A DNA stretch of 64,000 nt. Source: an uncultured Actinomycetota bacterium (lineage in GTDB: Bacteria > Actinomycetota > Actinomycetes > JBEVHX01). Shown piece after piece: positions 41,004-52,201 of this stretch. The stretch lies in NCBI GenBank assembly GCA_963836025.1, contig CAWIIE010000015.1, positions 99,676 to 163,675 on the forward strand, read 5' to 3'. Position 1 is the first letter of the stretch, and each line of letters starts with the position of its first letter. The notes under the pieces were generated by a model. It had not been told where the DNA came from, did not search any database, and worked only from the letters and a program-made list of their open reading frames with translations. A program made the translations under genes and the position numbers.

Positions 41004-42173
41004 ATGGTTCGCTACTTGATCGTGACCTGGGACGGCGCGGGGAACCTCGGGCCGACACTGGGGATCACCCGCACGCTCGTCGAGCGGGGCCACGACGTCC
41101 GGATGATCGGGCACGAGACGATCGCCGAGCGGTGTCGCGATGTGGGCGCCCGATTCGTCCCGCTGACCCAGGGCGAGGGTTGGGATGCGATGGAAGATCC
41201 GGATGACTTCGAAGCCGAGGTGAAGCTCCTGATCGAGGAGCTCTGCTTCAGCTCGACAATCGCCCGGGACCTCGCGCGCGAGCTGGGCCGGGAGCCGGCC
41301 GACGTGGTGCTGGTCGACTGCATGCTGTTCACCGCGATCGACGTTGCGCTGGCATCGGGCAGTCCGACCGCGGCGCTATTCCACACCCCGTACGCGATCT
41401 TTCGGGGCGGGCCCCTCGTCGAGATGTTCGAGCCGGGCGTGGCGATCGCAAACCGGCACCGCGCTGAGCTCGGCCTGTCGGCGATCGAGAGACTCGGCGA
41501 CATCCACGATGCGTGCGCGTACGCAATCGTCGCGGTGCCGAAGGAGTTCGAGCCCGACGTGCCGGACGCGGCCAACGTGCTGCGCATCGGACCCGTGCTC
41601 GACGCACCTCCGCTGTCCCGCGAGATCGACCAGGTCGACGTCCGCGACGGGTCGACGCCGTTGGTGCTGGTCAGTCTCAGCACGAGCGAGCAGGGCCAGG
41701 CCGACCTGCTGCAGCGGTGCGTCGATGCGGTGGCGCAGTTGCCGGTGCGCGCCATCGTGACGACCGGAGCCTCGATCGATCCCACATCCGTGAACGCGGG
41801 CACCAACACGCAGGTGGTGCGGTACGTGCCGCACGCCCAGATTCTCCCCTCGGCGTCACTCGTGATCACGCACGCCGGCTGCGGCACCACGATGGCGGCG
41901 CTCGGTCACGGTGTGCCGCTGCTGTGCACACCGATGGGCCGCGACCAGTTCTTCAACGCAGAGCAGGTCCAGACCCTCGGCGCGGGCCGGATGCTGATGC
42001 CCGACTCCAACAGCGACGCGATCGCACAGGCCACGTCGAGCATCCTCGGAGACGACCGCTTCAAGGCCGCCGCGAAGCAGATGGCCGTCGCGATCGGCGG
42101 CTACGGCGGCGCGACAGCCGCCGCGTCCGCGCTCGAATCGCTCGCCAAACGGGAGAGGATCCCCATGTCGTGA
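41004..42173 (+). CDS. GT1 family (UDPGT/MGT-like) glycosyltransferase
   Basis: YVPHAQILP...VITHAGCGT...PMGRDQFFNA donor-binding signature. Confidence 0.9.
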   Translation: MVRYLIVTWDGAGNLGPTLGITRTLVERGHDVRMIGHETIAERCRDVGARFVPLTQGEGWDAMEDPDDFEAEVKLLIEELCFSSTIARDLARELGREPADVVLVDCMLFTAIDVALASGSPTAALFHTPYAIFRGGPLVEMFEPGVAIANRHRAELGLSAIERLGDIHDACAYAIVAVPKEFEPDVPDAANVLRIGPVLDAPPLSREIDQVDVRDGSTPLVLVSLSTSEQGQADLLQRCVDAVAQLPVRAIVTTGASIDPTSVNAGTNTQVVRYVPHAQILPSASLVITHAGCGTTMAALGHGVPLLCTPMGRDQFFNAEQVQTLGAGRMLMPDSNSDAIAQATSSILGDDRFKAAAKQMAVAIGGYGGATAAASALESLAKRERIPMS

Positions 42174-42370
42174 ACCCCGGTCACTCAGCGGCCTGATCGT
42201 CAGCTCGAACGGGCCGTTCTCCGCCCCGAACCAGTTCATTGGCGACGCCGTCGCGATCGCCGCCATGGCCGACCGGCTCGGCTTTGAGGACACGCCTTGC
42301 TACTACTTTCGCGCACCATCCTGGTCACGCGAGTAGTTACATGAATGGCGGCAGTGCGTTGACTGCTGGA

Positions 42371-42904
42371 CTACTCACCGGTCGTACCGTCCGCAAGCTC
42401 TCTAACGACATCGAGATGCCCGGCATGCCGCGCGTACTCCTGCAGCACGTGGACCAGGATCCAAGCGAGGGTCGGCGGCTCTACGCCCGCATCGAACCGA
42501 CCGCCGACCGCGCCTCGAGCAGCCAGGTCGGTCCCGGTCGCGATCCGGCGGGTCGCTGAGCCGCCGGTATGCATCCGCGCGAGGAGGTCCTCGAGGGAGT
42601 CGTCCGCGGACGTGTGCCACGGCGCGTCGCGCTCTGCCTGCTCGTTGTCGCCCCACGGCCGCTCGACCGGCTCGGCGAGGAACCCCCAGCGCAGCCACCG
42701 GCGCTCCATAAACACCAGGTGCTTGAGCAGCTGCAGAGGCGTCCAACCCGACGGCACGACGCTGGACCGCAGTGCCGAGTCGTCCAGGCCCACCAGCTTG
42801 CGTTCGATCGCGTCGCGGTAGAAGTCGAGGGTGCCGAGGAGCAGCCGGGTCGGATCGCCCTCGGACGGCTGCGGCTTCAGCATGCGCTCGGAGTCGGAGT
42901 TCAT
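42371..42904 (-). CDS. DinB / DUF664 family protein
   Basis: PSGWTPLQLLKHL..MERRW and HVLQEYARHAGHLD. Confidence 0.9.
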   Translation of the reverse strand: MNSDSERMLKPQPSEGDPTRLLLGTLDFYRDAIERKLVGLDDSALRSSVVPSGWTPLQLLKHLVFMERRWLRWGFLAEPVERPWGDNEQAERDAPWHTSADDSLEDLLARMHTGGSATRRIATGTDLAARGAVGGRFDAGVEPPTLAWILVHVLQEYARHAGHLDVVRELADGTTGE

Positions 42905-43459
42905 GCCACCCATCATCGGTGTCGCTCGCACGACCGGAACTCCGGCCTTGCTCCAGCTGACAGCCGAACGGCGCCATAGCCGCACCCTTGCAAGCAACGT
43001 GTCGCCGGTGGCGATCCTGACAGGACCACGGACGCCTACGTGGTCGTCTATCGCGCCACCGATCAGGGCGCCCCTGCGCGGCCGCGGGGGCGGAGCGGCT
43101 GTTCGAGGACTTCAACGACCGGCTGCCCGGACCGGTGGATCCCGAGGCGTTCGCTGCCCTCGCGCGCGCGAACTGGGTCGAGTTCGTCGGTGCGCCGCTC
43201 TCGGTGTCCGACCCTCTCGAGCCGGCGTAGGCGAACCTGCCTCCCGGCCGCCACGATCCGCGCCGTCAGCCTGTGCTGCGGATGAGCTGGGTTCCGCGGA
43301 CCAGGATCACGACGTGCCCCTGCGCGCAGGTGACGTCGAGCTGAGGATTGCCGTCCTGCCAGTGGGCCCTCGACGGAATCAAGGTCCGACTCATAGAGAA
43401 TCCTGCGTGCATCCGATCGCCGAGCCGGGCGATCCGCGGGGCGATCCAACCGGTATCGG

Positions 43460-43660
43460 TCAGACCGCCTGGTCGTCCTGGGTATCGACGATCGGGTCAG
43501 CTGTGGCCGGGTCGCAGGGCCAGGAGCCAGCCAGGACGACGGGTGCGCAGTCACACTCGTCGCTGCAGGGCAGGTACGTGTGCATCCCGTGACCACAGCG
43601 CAGACAGGGCATGTCGTGCGAAAGGTGAAGGTCCTCGATCCACATGTCGGCTTCGTCCAT
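43460..43660 (-). CDS. Small Cys/His-rich hypothetical protein
   Basis: PCLRCGHGMHTYLPCSDECDC, a possible metal-binding pattern. Confidence 0.5.
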   Translation of the reverse strand: MDEADMWIEDLHLSHDMPCLRCGHGMHTYLPCSDECDCAPVVLAGSWPCDPATADPIVDTQDDQAV

Positions 43661-43989
43661 CTCAGTGGTGTCGCCGGCGCGGTTGGCGACGACTGCCGGT
43701 GATTCGGACACGTGCTCTCTGCTGGATTGCCGTCTGTTGCCTTGGCAGCCTGTGAGCTCGCCGATGGCGGATCGACCGCCGTCGACGAACCCACCCGTGG
43801 CGAGGTCGAGGCGTCGCACTCGCCCTGCAGGCCCGACCCGGCGCACCCTTTACCCTCGCGGCCGGGCGGCACCGCGCTGAGCGCACGATCGATGGCGCAA
43901 CGTGGAACCGCGTGGATCTCGACGCTGTGCGCGGTGCTCTCAACGCCGGCCAACCCTCCGCCCGAGAGCGTTCAGCTCATTGCGCAACG

Positions 43990-44230
43990 GCGGGAGCGAA
44001 TGGCGGAGCTGCTGCCTGCCGCCTATACCTGCGCGGCGCGCTACCTGAGCCGACCGTTTGGGCCACCCGTGGCAGCGGCCGCGCAGAGCGTCGCGGTCGG
44101 GCTGCCCTTCCTGCTCTCCGGTGTGATCAAGACAGGTTATGACGTCACGTCGTGGCTCTGGTTCCGGCGCGTACCGCTCACGGAATCCGAAAGCGATTCC
44201 GAGCCTCGACCGACGAGGCGGTCGGCATGA
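43990..44230 (+). pseudogene. C-terminal remnant of an MFS transporter
   Basis: AYTCAARYLSRPFGP...GLPFLLSGVIKTGYD...WFRRV with no upstream gene body. Confidence 0.55.
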
Positions 44231-44510
44231 ATTGGTGCCCCCGCCCACGACCGCGGCGGCGCGACCATCCGCTAGTCCGGTGACTTCGACGTCGTGGCGC
44301 CGGCTTCCGCTCGTATGCGATGAGTGTGCTAGCCCTGTGCCGTTCGAGCCCGGATTGGTCGTCGATGTCGGCCGCGGCTGACTGGTACTTGACGGACGAC
44401 AGGCAATTGTCGGCAGCAGTACGAATGCGGCGGATGGGCAGGCTGGCTGCCGCCGGACAAACAATACGATCGCCGTGAGTTGCGACGCCCGGGCGTACCG
44501 GTTGCCGCGC

Positions 44511-44543
44511 TCAGCATAACGAGTATTATACCCGTTATGCTGA
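44511..44543. promoter_or_regulatory. Long palindrome upstream of PadR
   Basis: TCAGCATAACGAGTAT-T-ATACCCGTTATGCTGA, one mismatch between the arms. Confidence 0.75.
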
Positions 44544-44556
44544 TGGCTGAGCGAAC

Positions 44557-45138
44557 GTGAGCGTCCGGCATGCGCTGCTCGCGCTGTTGAGCGAGGGCGC
44601 CAAGTACGGACTCCAGCTCCGGCAGGAGTTCGAGGCCCGAACCGGTGAGGTCTGGCCGCTGAACGTGGGGCAGGTCTACCTCACGCTGCAACGCCTGGAG
44701 CGAGACGGCTTGATCGAGTCCAACACCCACGATGAGCCAGGTCCACAGAAGGCGTTCCGCATCACACCGGCCGGGGCGGAGGAGTTGGCGAACTGGCTTC
44801 GAACCCCGCCGGATCTGGCCAGCCCGCCGCGCGACGAGCTGGTGATCAAAGTGCTGGTCGCGACTCGCCTGCCCGGCGTCGACGTCCCCGAGATCCTGCA
44901 GACCCATCGCAGGCATGTGGTCGAGCTGATGCAGCGGTACACCCATATGAAGGCCGAGGCCAGCGACGACGATGTCAGCCTCGCACTCGCGGCCGACGCC
45001 GAGATCTTCCGGCTCGAGGGGGTTGTGCGCTGGCTGGATGCGGCTGACACGCGCCTGCATCACTCAACCGGCGATCACGACCCGACCGACACGGCCGTGG
45101 CGCCGCCGGCACAGATCCCGATGGAGCAGCCGGTATGA
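44557..45138 (+). CDS. PadR family regulator
   Basis: SVRHALLALL...YGLQL...NVGQVYLTLQRLERDG. Confidence 0.92.
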   Translation: MSVRHALLALLSEGAKYGLQLRQEFEARTGEVWPLNVGQVYLTLQRLERDGLIESNTHDEPGPQKAFRITPAGAEELANWLRTPPDLASPPRDELVIKVLVATRLPGVDVPEILQTHRRHVVELMQRYTHMKAEASDDDVSLALAADAEIFRLEGVVRWLDAADTRLHHSTGDHDPTDTAVAPPAQIPMEQPV

Positions 45139-45860
45139 AGCCCGTCCTTGAGCTGCGTCAGGTGTCGAAGTCATACGGGGTCGGTGCCGCGCAGGTCCAC
45201 GCCCTGCACGGGATCGATCTCGGGGTCGCCGGCGGCGAGATGGTCGCCATCATGGGCCCGAGCGGGTCGGGCAAGAGCACCCTGCTGACCATCGCGGGCA
45301 GCCTCGAGGATCCGTCCAGTGGCGACGTGCTCATCGATGATGTGCCGCTCGTCGCGTTGTCCCGCGAAGACAAGGCCCGGCTGCGCCGGCGAGCGATCGG
45401 CTACGTGTTCCAGGACTTCAACCTGCTGCCCGGCCTGACCGCGGTCGAGAACGTGGCGCTTCCCCTTGAACTGGACGGCGTCGGGGTCAGACCCGCTCGG
45501 CAGGTCGGTCGAGCGGCGCTCGAACGGCTCGGCTTGGCGGACTGCGCGGGCCGCTACCCCGACGACCTGTCCGGGGGAGAGCGGCAGCGGGTGGCGATCG
45601 CCCGCGCGGTCGTCGGTGATCGTCGCCTGGTCCTGGCCGACGAACCGACCGGCGCCTTGGACTCGGTCAGCGGTGAAGCGGTCATGCGGCTGCTGCGCAC
45701 CGCATGCAAGGCAGGGGTTGCCGCGGTCATCGTCACGCATGACGCGCACTTGGCCTCGTGGGCCGACCGCATCGTGTTCCTCCGCGACGGCCGGCTGGTC
45801 GACCAGACGGCCAGCCTCCCCGGCCCGGAGACACTGCTCGCGCACGGAACGAGTCGATGA
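45135..45860 (+). CDS. ABC transporter ATP-binding protein (MacB/LolD-type)
   Basis: GPSGSGKST, LSGGERQR, ADEPTG and VTHD. Confidence 0.95.
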   Translation: MKPVLELRQVSKSYGVGAAQVHALHGIDLGVAGGEMVAIMGPSGSGKSTLLTIAGSLEDPSSGDVLIDDVPLVALSREDKARLRRRAIGYVFQDFNLLPGLTAVENVALPLELDGVGVRPARQVGRAALERLGLADCAGRYPDDLSGGERQRVAIARAVVGDRRLVLADEPTGALDSVSGEAVMRLLRTACKAGVAAVIVTHDAHLASWADRIVFLRDGRLVDQTASLPGPETLLAHGTSR

Positions 45861-48329
45861 CGTCGGAGGCGCCCGCTCTGTTCGTCCCGCATGCCGCGGC
45901 CGGGCGGGGCGGAACCGCCCGCCGGGCGGTTTCCCGATGGGCCTGGCGGATGTTCCGCCGGGAATGGCGACAGCAGGTGCTCGTCCTGGTTCTACTCGCC
46001 GCCACCGTCGCGGCCTCGGTCGGCGTCGCCGCGGCCGCATACAGCACAACCTCGGTGGCCGACAACGCAGAGTTCGGTGCAGCGAGTCACTTCATCCGCG
46101 TCGCAAACAGCGAGCCGGACGCGTTGGCCGCGACCGTGGTGGCCGCCAAGGATCGGTTCGAGAACGTCGAGGTGATTCATCACCGCGAGGTGTCGGTCCC
46201 GGGGCTGTTCGAGGCGGTCGATTACCGCAGCCAGGACCCGTCGTTGCCCCTTGGCCGCCCTCGGCTGACGCTGGTCGACGGGGTCTATCCGCAGGGGGAC
46301 GAGATCGCGGTCACGGACGGGCTGGCGAACACCCTCGACGTCGGGATCGGGGGGTCGGTAGCCCTGGATGGGGTCGATCGCACCGTGGTGGGGATCGTCG
46401 AGAACCCGGCGAACCTGAATGACGAGTTCGGCTTGCGTGGAACCGCAGGCCGCGGAGGCCACCTCGGTGACCATCCTGGTCGACGCCAGCGATGACCTGG
46501 TCAACGGTTTCAGACCGCCGGGCGGCGGCGAAGTGGAGATCGGATCGCGGTTGGGGAACGAAGGCACGATTGCGGCCCTGCTCGCGATGGTGCTCTCCAC
46601 TGTGGGCCTGCTGCTCGTGGCGCTGATCGCCGCCGCCAGCTTCGTCGTCATGGCCCAACGCCGGATGCGACACCTGGCCATGCTCGCGGCGATCGGCGCG
46701 ACCGAGAAGCAGCTGCGCGTCGTGACCGTGACGAACGGTCTGGTCGTCGGTGTCGTCGCTGGTGTGATCGGCGTGACTGTGGGCCTGGCGGTGTGGTTCG
46801 GGCTCGCGCCGTTGGTCGAGGACGCAGTCGCCTTCCGGATCGACCAGTACGCCCTGCCCTGGTGGCTGGTGATCAGCCCCGTGCTGCTCGCCATCGTGGC
46901 CGCGACGGCCGCGGCCTGGTGGCCTGCGCGCAGCGTGGCGCGGGTGCCGATCGTGCGTGCCCTGTCCGGTCGTCCACCACAGCCGCAGCCGGCGCGGCGG
47001 GTTGCCGGGTGGTCCGCCGTCGCTGCGGCGGTCGGCGTGGCTTGCTTGTTCTGGGGTGGCGACCTCGCTGTCGGCGACCCGGCGACGTGGACGAACGCGG
47101 TCCTGATCGTTGCCGGCACTGTGTTTGTGGCACTCGCGATGCTGCTGGCGTGTCCGCCGGCCATCCGGATGCTGGCGGGTTGCGTGGGCGGGCTTCCGGT
47201 GGCCGTGCGGCTCGCGGTCGGCGACCTCGCGCGCTACCGCTCCCGGTCGGCTGCGGCGCTGGCGGCGGTCAGCCTCGCGTTGAGCATCGCAGTTACGATC
47301 TCGGTCTTGGCGGCAGCATCCCAACTGGGCCCAACTGAGGGGAACCTGCCAGACCATCAGCTGGTGGTGCGCGACTCCAGCGTCGACGGACCATTCGTCC
47401 CCGAGGACGGCGAACTCGAGCGGCTCGCCGCGGACGTCGACCGAGTGGTTGCAACCTTTGACGACGCTGAGCTGATCTCACTGGACGTTGCGATCGATCC
47501 GCGCAGCCGGCCGGACCCGTCCTTCGAGGGGCGGATCGCGGCGTCGCTGGTGCAGCGCGACGGGGACGGCTGGAGCGACATCAGCCTGCTATACATCGCC
47601 ACCCCGCTGCTGGCTGGGATGTACGGCATGGATCTCGACGACCTCGACCCCGACACGGTCGTCGTCACACGCGAAGTCGGCGACTTCTCCATCCTTGGTC
47701 ACGCACATGAAGACCGCTCAACGGTCGACCCGCTCATCAACATCGAACAGGTCAGCCCCACCTATGGTTCCTGGCCCGGGACGTTCGTCCCGCCGGCCGT
47801 CCTCGAGGATCGCGGCTGGGTCGCGGTGCCCTCCGGGCGGTGGCTCATCCAGCTGGCGGCACCACCCACCGACGAGCAGGTCGAGGCGGCGCGGGACATC
47901 GCGGCGCAGACCGGGCTGACGATCGAAACCAGGGATCGTCAGACAGGCCTCGGCAACCTACGGCTCGGCGCAACCATGACGGGCACACTCGTCGCCCTCG
48001 GCATCGTCGCAATGACGGTGGGACTCCTGCGCAGCGAGGCTGGTCGAGACCTGCGCGTCCTGGCCGCCACCGGGGCGACGAGTCGGACCCGCCGCACGAT
48101 CACCGCAGCCACCGCCGGCGGCATCGCACTGCTCGGCGCGCTGCTCGGGATCGCCGGCGCGTACCTTGGACTCATCGCCGGTTTCGCCCACAACCTCGAC
48201 ACCCTGACCCCCGTGCCCGTCGTAAACCTGGTAGCAGTCGCGGTGGCCTTGCCAGTCCTGGCAGCGGCGGTGGGCTTCCTCATGTCCGGGCGGAACGTGC
48301 CCGACATCGCCCGCCAGCCCATCGAATGA
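45857..48329 (+). CDS. FtsX-like ABC permease (frameshift ~46430)
   Basis: Two FtsX-type repeats (LAMLAAIGAT, LRVLAATGAT); ATGA overlap with the ATPase gene. Confidence 0.88.
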
Positions 48330-48512
48330 CGGCCCGCCCGAGCGTCCCGGTCTGACCGCCGCGGACGTCGTGGCCACCCTCCGACCGCAGTACACGCGTC
48401 AGATCCAAGACGCGTTCTACGGCGAACGCGGGAAAGCGGACACCGAGAGCCCGTACACCGCGTGTATGGGAGTTTGACCGGAAGCCTTGGACGGCCTGCT
48501 CGGTGTGATCAG

Positions 48513-48781
<269 letters not shown>

Positions 48782-48918
48782 CTATGGCCGCGACCCGTGA
48801 TCGACCTAGCAGGCCCGGGAGGCGAAGTCAGCGGTGTCACTGCCATCCGAGCAAACTGCCGGATCGTGATCCGCTCAAGAGCGGCACTAACGGGCGGCCT
48901 TGAGCGGTCGCTTCCATC

Positions 48919-49431
48919 TCAGAGCTCCAGCCGCGGCGCGTCGTAGAAGGCGGCGGGGCCCTGTGCGGGGAGGTGTACGCCCAGGAATGTCTTCGGCCCG
49001 GCGGCCGAGTGCACGATCCGCACGGCGATGCCGTCGGGATCGACGAACTCGATCCAGCTCCCGTCGGCGTGGGTTCCGCAGGTCGAGTCGATGCCCCGAG
49101 CACTCGCGCGATCCCGCACGCGCTGCGCCGAGGCGGCGTCCCTGGCTTCGAGGATGACCGGGTGCTCCCCTCGCAGATCGGCACCGCGTGCCGTTTCGGA
49201 TCGCAGCCGCAACGCGATCAGGTATCGGGCCTGCCAGTCGACCAGAGCGCAACCGGTCACGCCCTGGTCGCTGGCGAACTCGCGGACATATGCCAGGTCG
49301 AGGAGGTCGCGGTACCACCTGGCACTGCGGGCGAGATCAGTCACCGGGATCGTGACCTGAACGATCCCGAGGAGCTCCGGACTGCCGCTGGCAGCATCGG
49401 CCCCGGGGGCGTGTTGGGCGGTCATCGTCAC
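48919..49431 (-). CDS. VOC/glyoxalase family protein
   Basis: IPVTDLARSARWYRDLL and FVDPDG; AAGGAG RBS. Confidence 0.88.
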   Translation of the reverse strand: MTMTAQHAPGADAASGSPELLGIVQVTIPVTDLARSARWYRDLLDLAYVREFASDQGVTGCALVDWQARYLIALRLRSETARGADLRGEHPVILEARDAASAQRVRDRASARGIDSTCGTHADGSWIEFVDPDGIAVRIVHSAAGPKTFLGVHLPAQGPAAFYDAPRLEL

Positions 49432-49544
49432 GTGCTCCTTCAAGCAGGTTGTCCACGGCCCCTGTCCCGGCGTGCCGAGACGTTCGCCTGGCATGATGGA
49501 CAGGTAGCATGTCGAAAGCCCACTATAGACAGGAGAGTTGTCGA

Positions 49545-50018
49545 TTGGCAACACAGGCTGATCAACCGAGCCGAGCCCAGGCCGACAACACGGCGGTGCT
49601 GCTACGCGAGGCGTTCGCTGTCATCGACGGAATCGTCCCGCTCCGCCTCGCCGTCCGCGGGCACGGCGCAGTTCGGGTGGCTCACGGCGCCGTGTTCCAA
49701 CATCTCGACGAACGGGGGAGCACCGTCAGCACGCTCGCGCAGAGAGCCGGGATGACCAAACAGGCGATGGCGGGGCTGGTTCAATACCTGGAAGGCCATG
49801 GCTACGTGCGACGCGTGCCGGACCCCGACGACCGACGCGCCAAGCTGGTGCAGCCGACGCGCCAGGGCCGGGAGGTGATCGCCATCGCCCAAGGCCTGGT
49901 GCCGGAGATGGAACGGCGCCTCATCGAGGCGCTCGGAGAATCGCGTTGGCACGCGCTACGCGACGACCTCCGCACGGTCCGAGACGTGTTCTCCACACAC
50001 CCGTCAGCATCGACATAG
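49545..50018 (+). CDS. MarR family regulator
   Basis: LAQRAGMTKQAM and GYVRRVPDPDDRRAKLV. Confidence 0.9.
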   Translation: MATQADQPSRAQADNTAVLLREAFAVIDGIVPLRLAVRGHGAVRVAHGAVFQHLDERGSTVSTLAQRAGMTKQAMAGLVQYLEGHGYVRRVPDPDDRRAKLVQPTRQGREVIAIAQGLVPEMERRLIEALGESRWHALRDDLRTVRDVFSTHPSAST

Positions 50019-50466
50019 CCGGCTGCCACCGGAGCGGACCGGCGCTGCACCGAGGTCGCCACGCATCGGGCAGCGTCCTGTCAGCAGTCAGCGGCCTTGC
50101 GTGCTGAACGCGCCCTGCCAGATCGATGCGACCCAAGCTGGAGGCGCGGCTGACGCGCATGCCCGAAGGCAGCACCACCCGGCCGCAGATGCGGCGCCGA
50201 GCGCCGGAGAACGTCCGCGTCCAGATCAGCGGACTCATGCCGATCCTGCACGACTGGCCGATGCGTCCTCTAGTAGCCGGATATCGATCGCAAGCTGCAG
50301 GTTGTCGGTTGGCGTCGACCGGACACTGCTCCGTGGTCACCTCGGGTCCAGGGCGTAGACGAAAAATGCACACGAGCTCCGACACTGACGAGAGTTGACC
50401 GCAGCCCGTCAGATGCGTTCTTCCAGGTCAAGCCGCGTACGCACAGCGAGGACGGCACATTGTCTG

Positions 50467-51883
50467 GGTCAAGTCCTGAGCGTCCTGTAAATGGGTGGCC
50501 TGGGTGATCATGCGGCGACGTTCTTGCGCCGGTCGCTCTTGCGGTCGTGGGTGCTCGGCGGGCGGCGGGTCGAGGCCGAGCTCGGCGCGCAGCAGCTGAG
50601 CTGGTGTCGTTCGAGGTCGCTGATCGAGACCCGGCACCAGCGGTCGGCGGCGCGGATCATGACGGCGAACACCAGCTTCATCGCGGAGCGTTCGTCGGTG
50701 AAGCGGCCGATGACCTTGGTGCGTCGGCGTTCCTCGACGAAGGAGCGTTCGGCGAGGTTCGTGGTGCGCACCCGGATCCGGTGTCGGACCGGGACGCGGT
50801 GGATCGCCAGCAGCGCGTCAAGGTCGTCTTCGAAGCAGCGCACCGCCGACGGGAACTCGCGGCGGTAGCTGGTGATCAGCCGCTCGGCGGCGGCTCGCGC
50901 GGCATCCAGGGTGGGCGCGTCCCGGACGGCGTAGACGTGCGCCATCACCTCGCTGGCGGCCTCATCGGGCAGCTTGGCGCGGATGTTGGCCAGCCGGTGG
51001 AACCAGCAGCGGATCCGCACCGATGCGGGGAAACAGGCCGTGATCGACTTGATCAGGCCCGGCGCGCCATCGCTGGTGATCGTGGTCGGCAGCCGCAGCC
51101 CGCGACCGAGCATGTGCCGGAAGAACTCCGTCCAGCAGGACTTCGCTCTCCTTGTTCCCGACCGCCAGGTGCAGCAGATGTTTGCGGCCGTCGGCGTCGA
51201 TGCACCAGCAGACCAGCAGCGCCTCCTTCGCGCCGTGCCGGCGCAGCGCCTCGAACACCGCGTCGACGAACAAGTACTCCACGGCGATCTCGGACAGGTC
51301 GCGGCCGATGAAGGCTCTGGTAGTCCTCCCACAGCCGGTCGGTGATCTCGCTGACCGCACTCTTGGAGATCAGCAGCTCGCCGGTGGCGTCGGTGAACGC
51401 GTCCTCCACGTCCCGGGTGGACAGCCCGCGGGCGTACATCTCGTTGACCAGCCGATCGAGCACCTCGCTGTTGCCGTCCAGAAAGCTCATCAGCGACGAG
51501 CGGAACGGCCCGACGGCGCCGCGGACCTGCGGAACCGCCACGTCGATGAACCCTTCCGCGGTGCGCAGCCGGCCCCGCTCATAGCCGTTGCGCGAGCCGA
51601 CCTGCTCCGCTCGTCGCGACGGTCATAGCGGCCGCGGCCGCCGAGGAAGTCGGTCTGCTCGCCCTCGAGCAGCTCCTGCACCACCAGCCGGGTCACCGTC
51701 TCCACCAACGCCGAGACGATGTTGGTCTCACGCTCAACACCACCCGCCAACAGCTGCGCCAGCTGCTCACGAGCGATCACGGACGGGGCTACCCTTCGCA
51801 TCGGCCTGCTCCCATCGTCGGTCCTAGTCACCCGACATGATCGAGCAGGCCACCTCCATTTACAGGAACGCTAGGACGGCACC
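50467..51883 (-). mobile_element. Complete IS256-family insertion sequence
   Basis: ~28-bp imperfect inverted repeats sharing TCCTGTAAATGG; 9-bp target duplication CATTGTCTG (50458-50466 and 51884-51892). Confidence 0.9.
50508..51801 (-). CDS. IS256 (mutator-like) transposase, several frameshifts
   Basis: EMYARGLSTRD, YLFVDAV, SDGAPGL, RCWFH and RTTNLAER distributed across frames. Confidence 0.9.
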
Positions 51884-51906
51884 CATTGTCTGCGCGCTGA
51901 ATGCGG

Positions 51907-51950
51907 CTCGTAATGCGTAGGTCTGGGGTTCGATTCCCCAAGGCGGCTCC
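51907..51950 (+). pseudogene. 3' half of tRNA-Thr(CGT), attR-like
   Basis: CT-CGT-AA loop, TGCGT, AGGTC, TGGGG-TTCGATT-CCCCA T-arm and AGGCGGC-TCC; no D-arm or 5' anticodon stem. Confidence 0.85.
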
Positions 51951-51963
51951 GACGCGAAAGCCG

Positions 51964-52120
51964 CCTGACGCGAAGATTCGATCTCGCGGTCAGACGCGTC
52001 CACTGGTTATGAGGCGCGGCCGAGGGTGACTTCGTATCCCATGCTCTGGAGCTGGTGGATCGCGCACCCTGGTCCGTTCGGGGTGCAGCCGGGTGAAGTA
52101 GTCGGCTCCGGGGTCGCATG
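51964..52120 (-). mobile_element. IS110-family 3' remnant
   Basis: DPGADYFTRLHPERT..AIHQLQSMGYEVTLGRAS* resembles actinobacterial IS110 C-termini. Confidence 0.65.
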
Positions 52121-52201
52121 GACGCCCCCTCTTGTTGGGTATCTGGGTGTGGCAGCGTGCCGCGAGAGGTGGGCGCGCACCATCATAAGGACGGCACGAT
52201 C

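Noticed and set aside
41004-42173. Calling the glycosyltransferase rgt or mgt
   Set aside because: Only the family-level GT1 signature is visible; substrate specificity cannot be read from the sequence.
51907-51975. Intact or circularly permuted tRNA-Thr
   Set aside because: GCCGCCT follows the 3' half, but no D-arm or 5' anticodon stem is present on either side.
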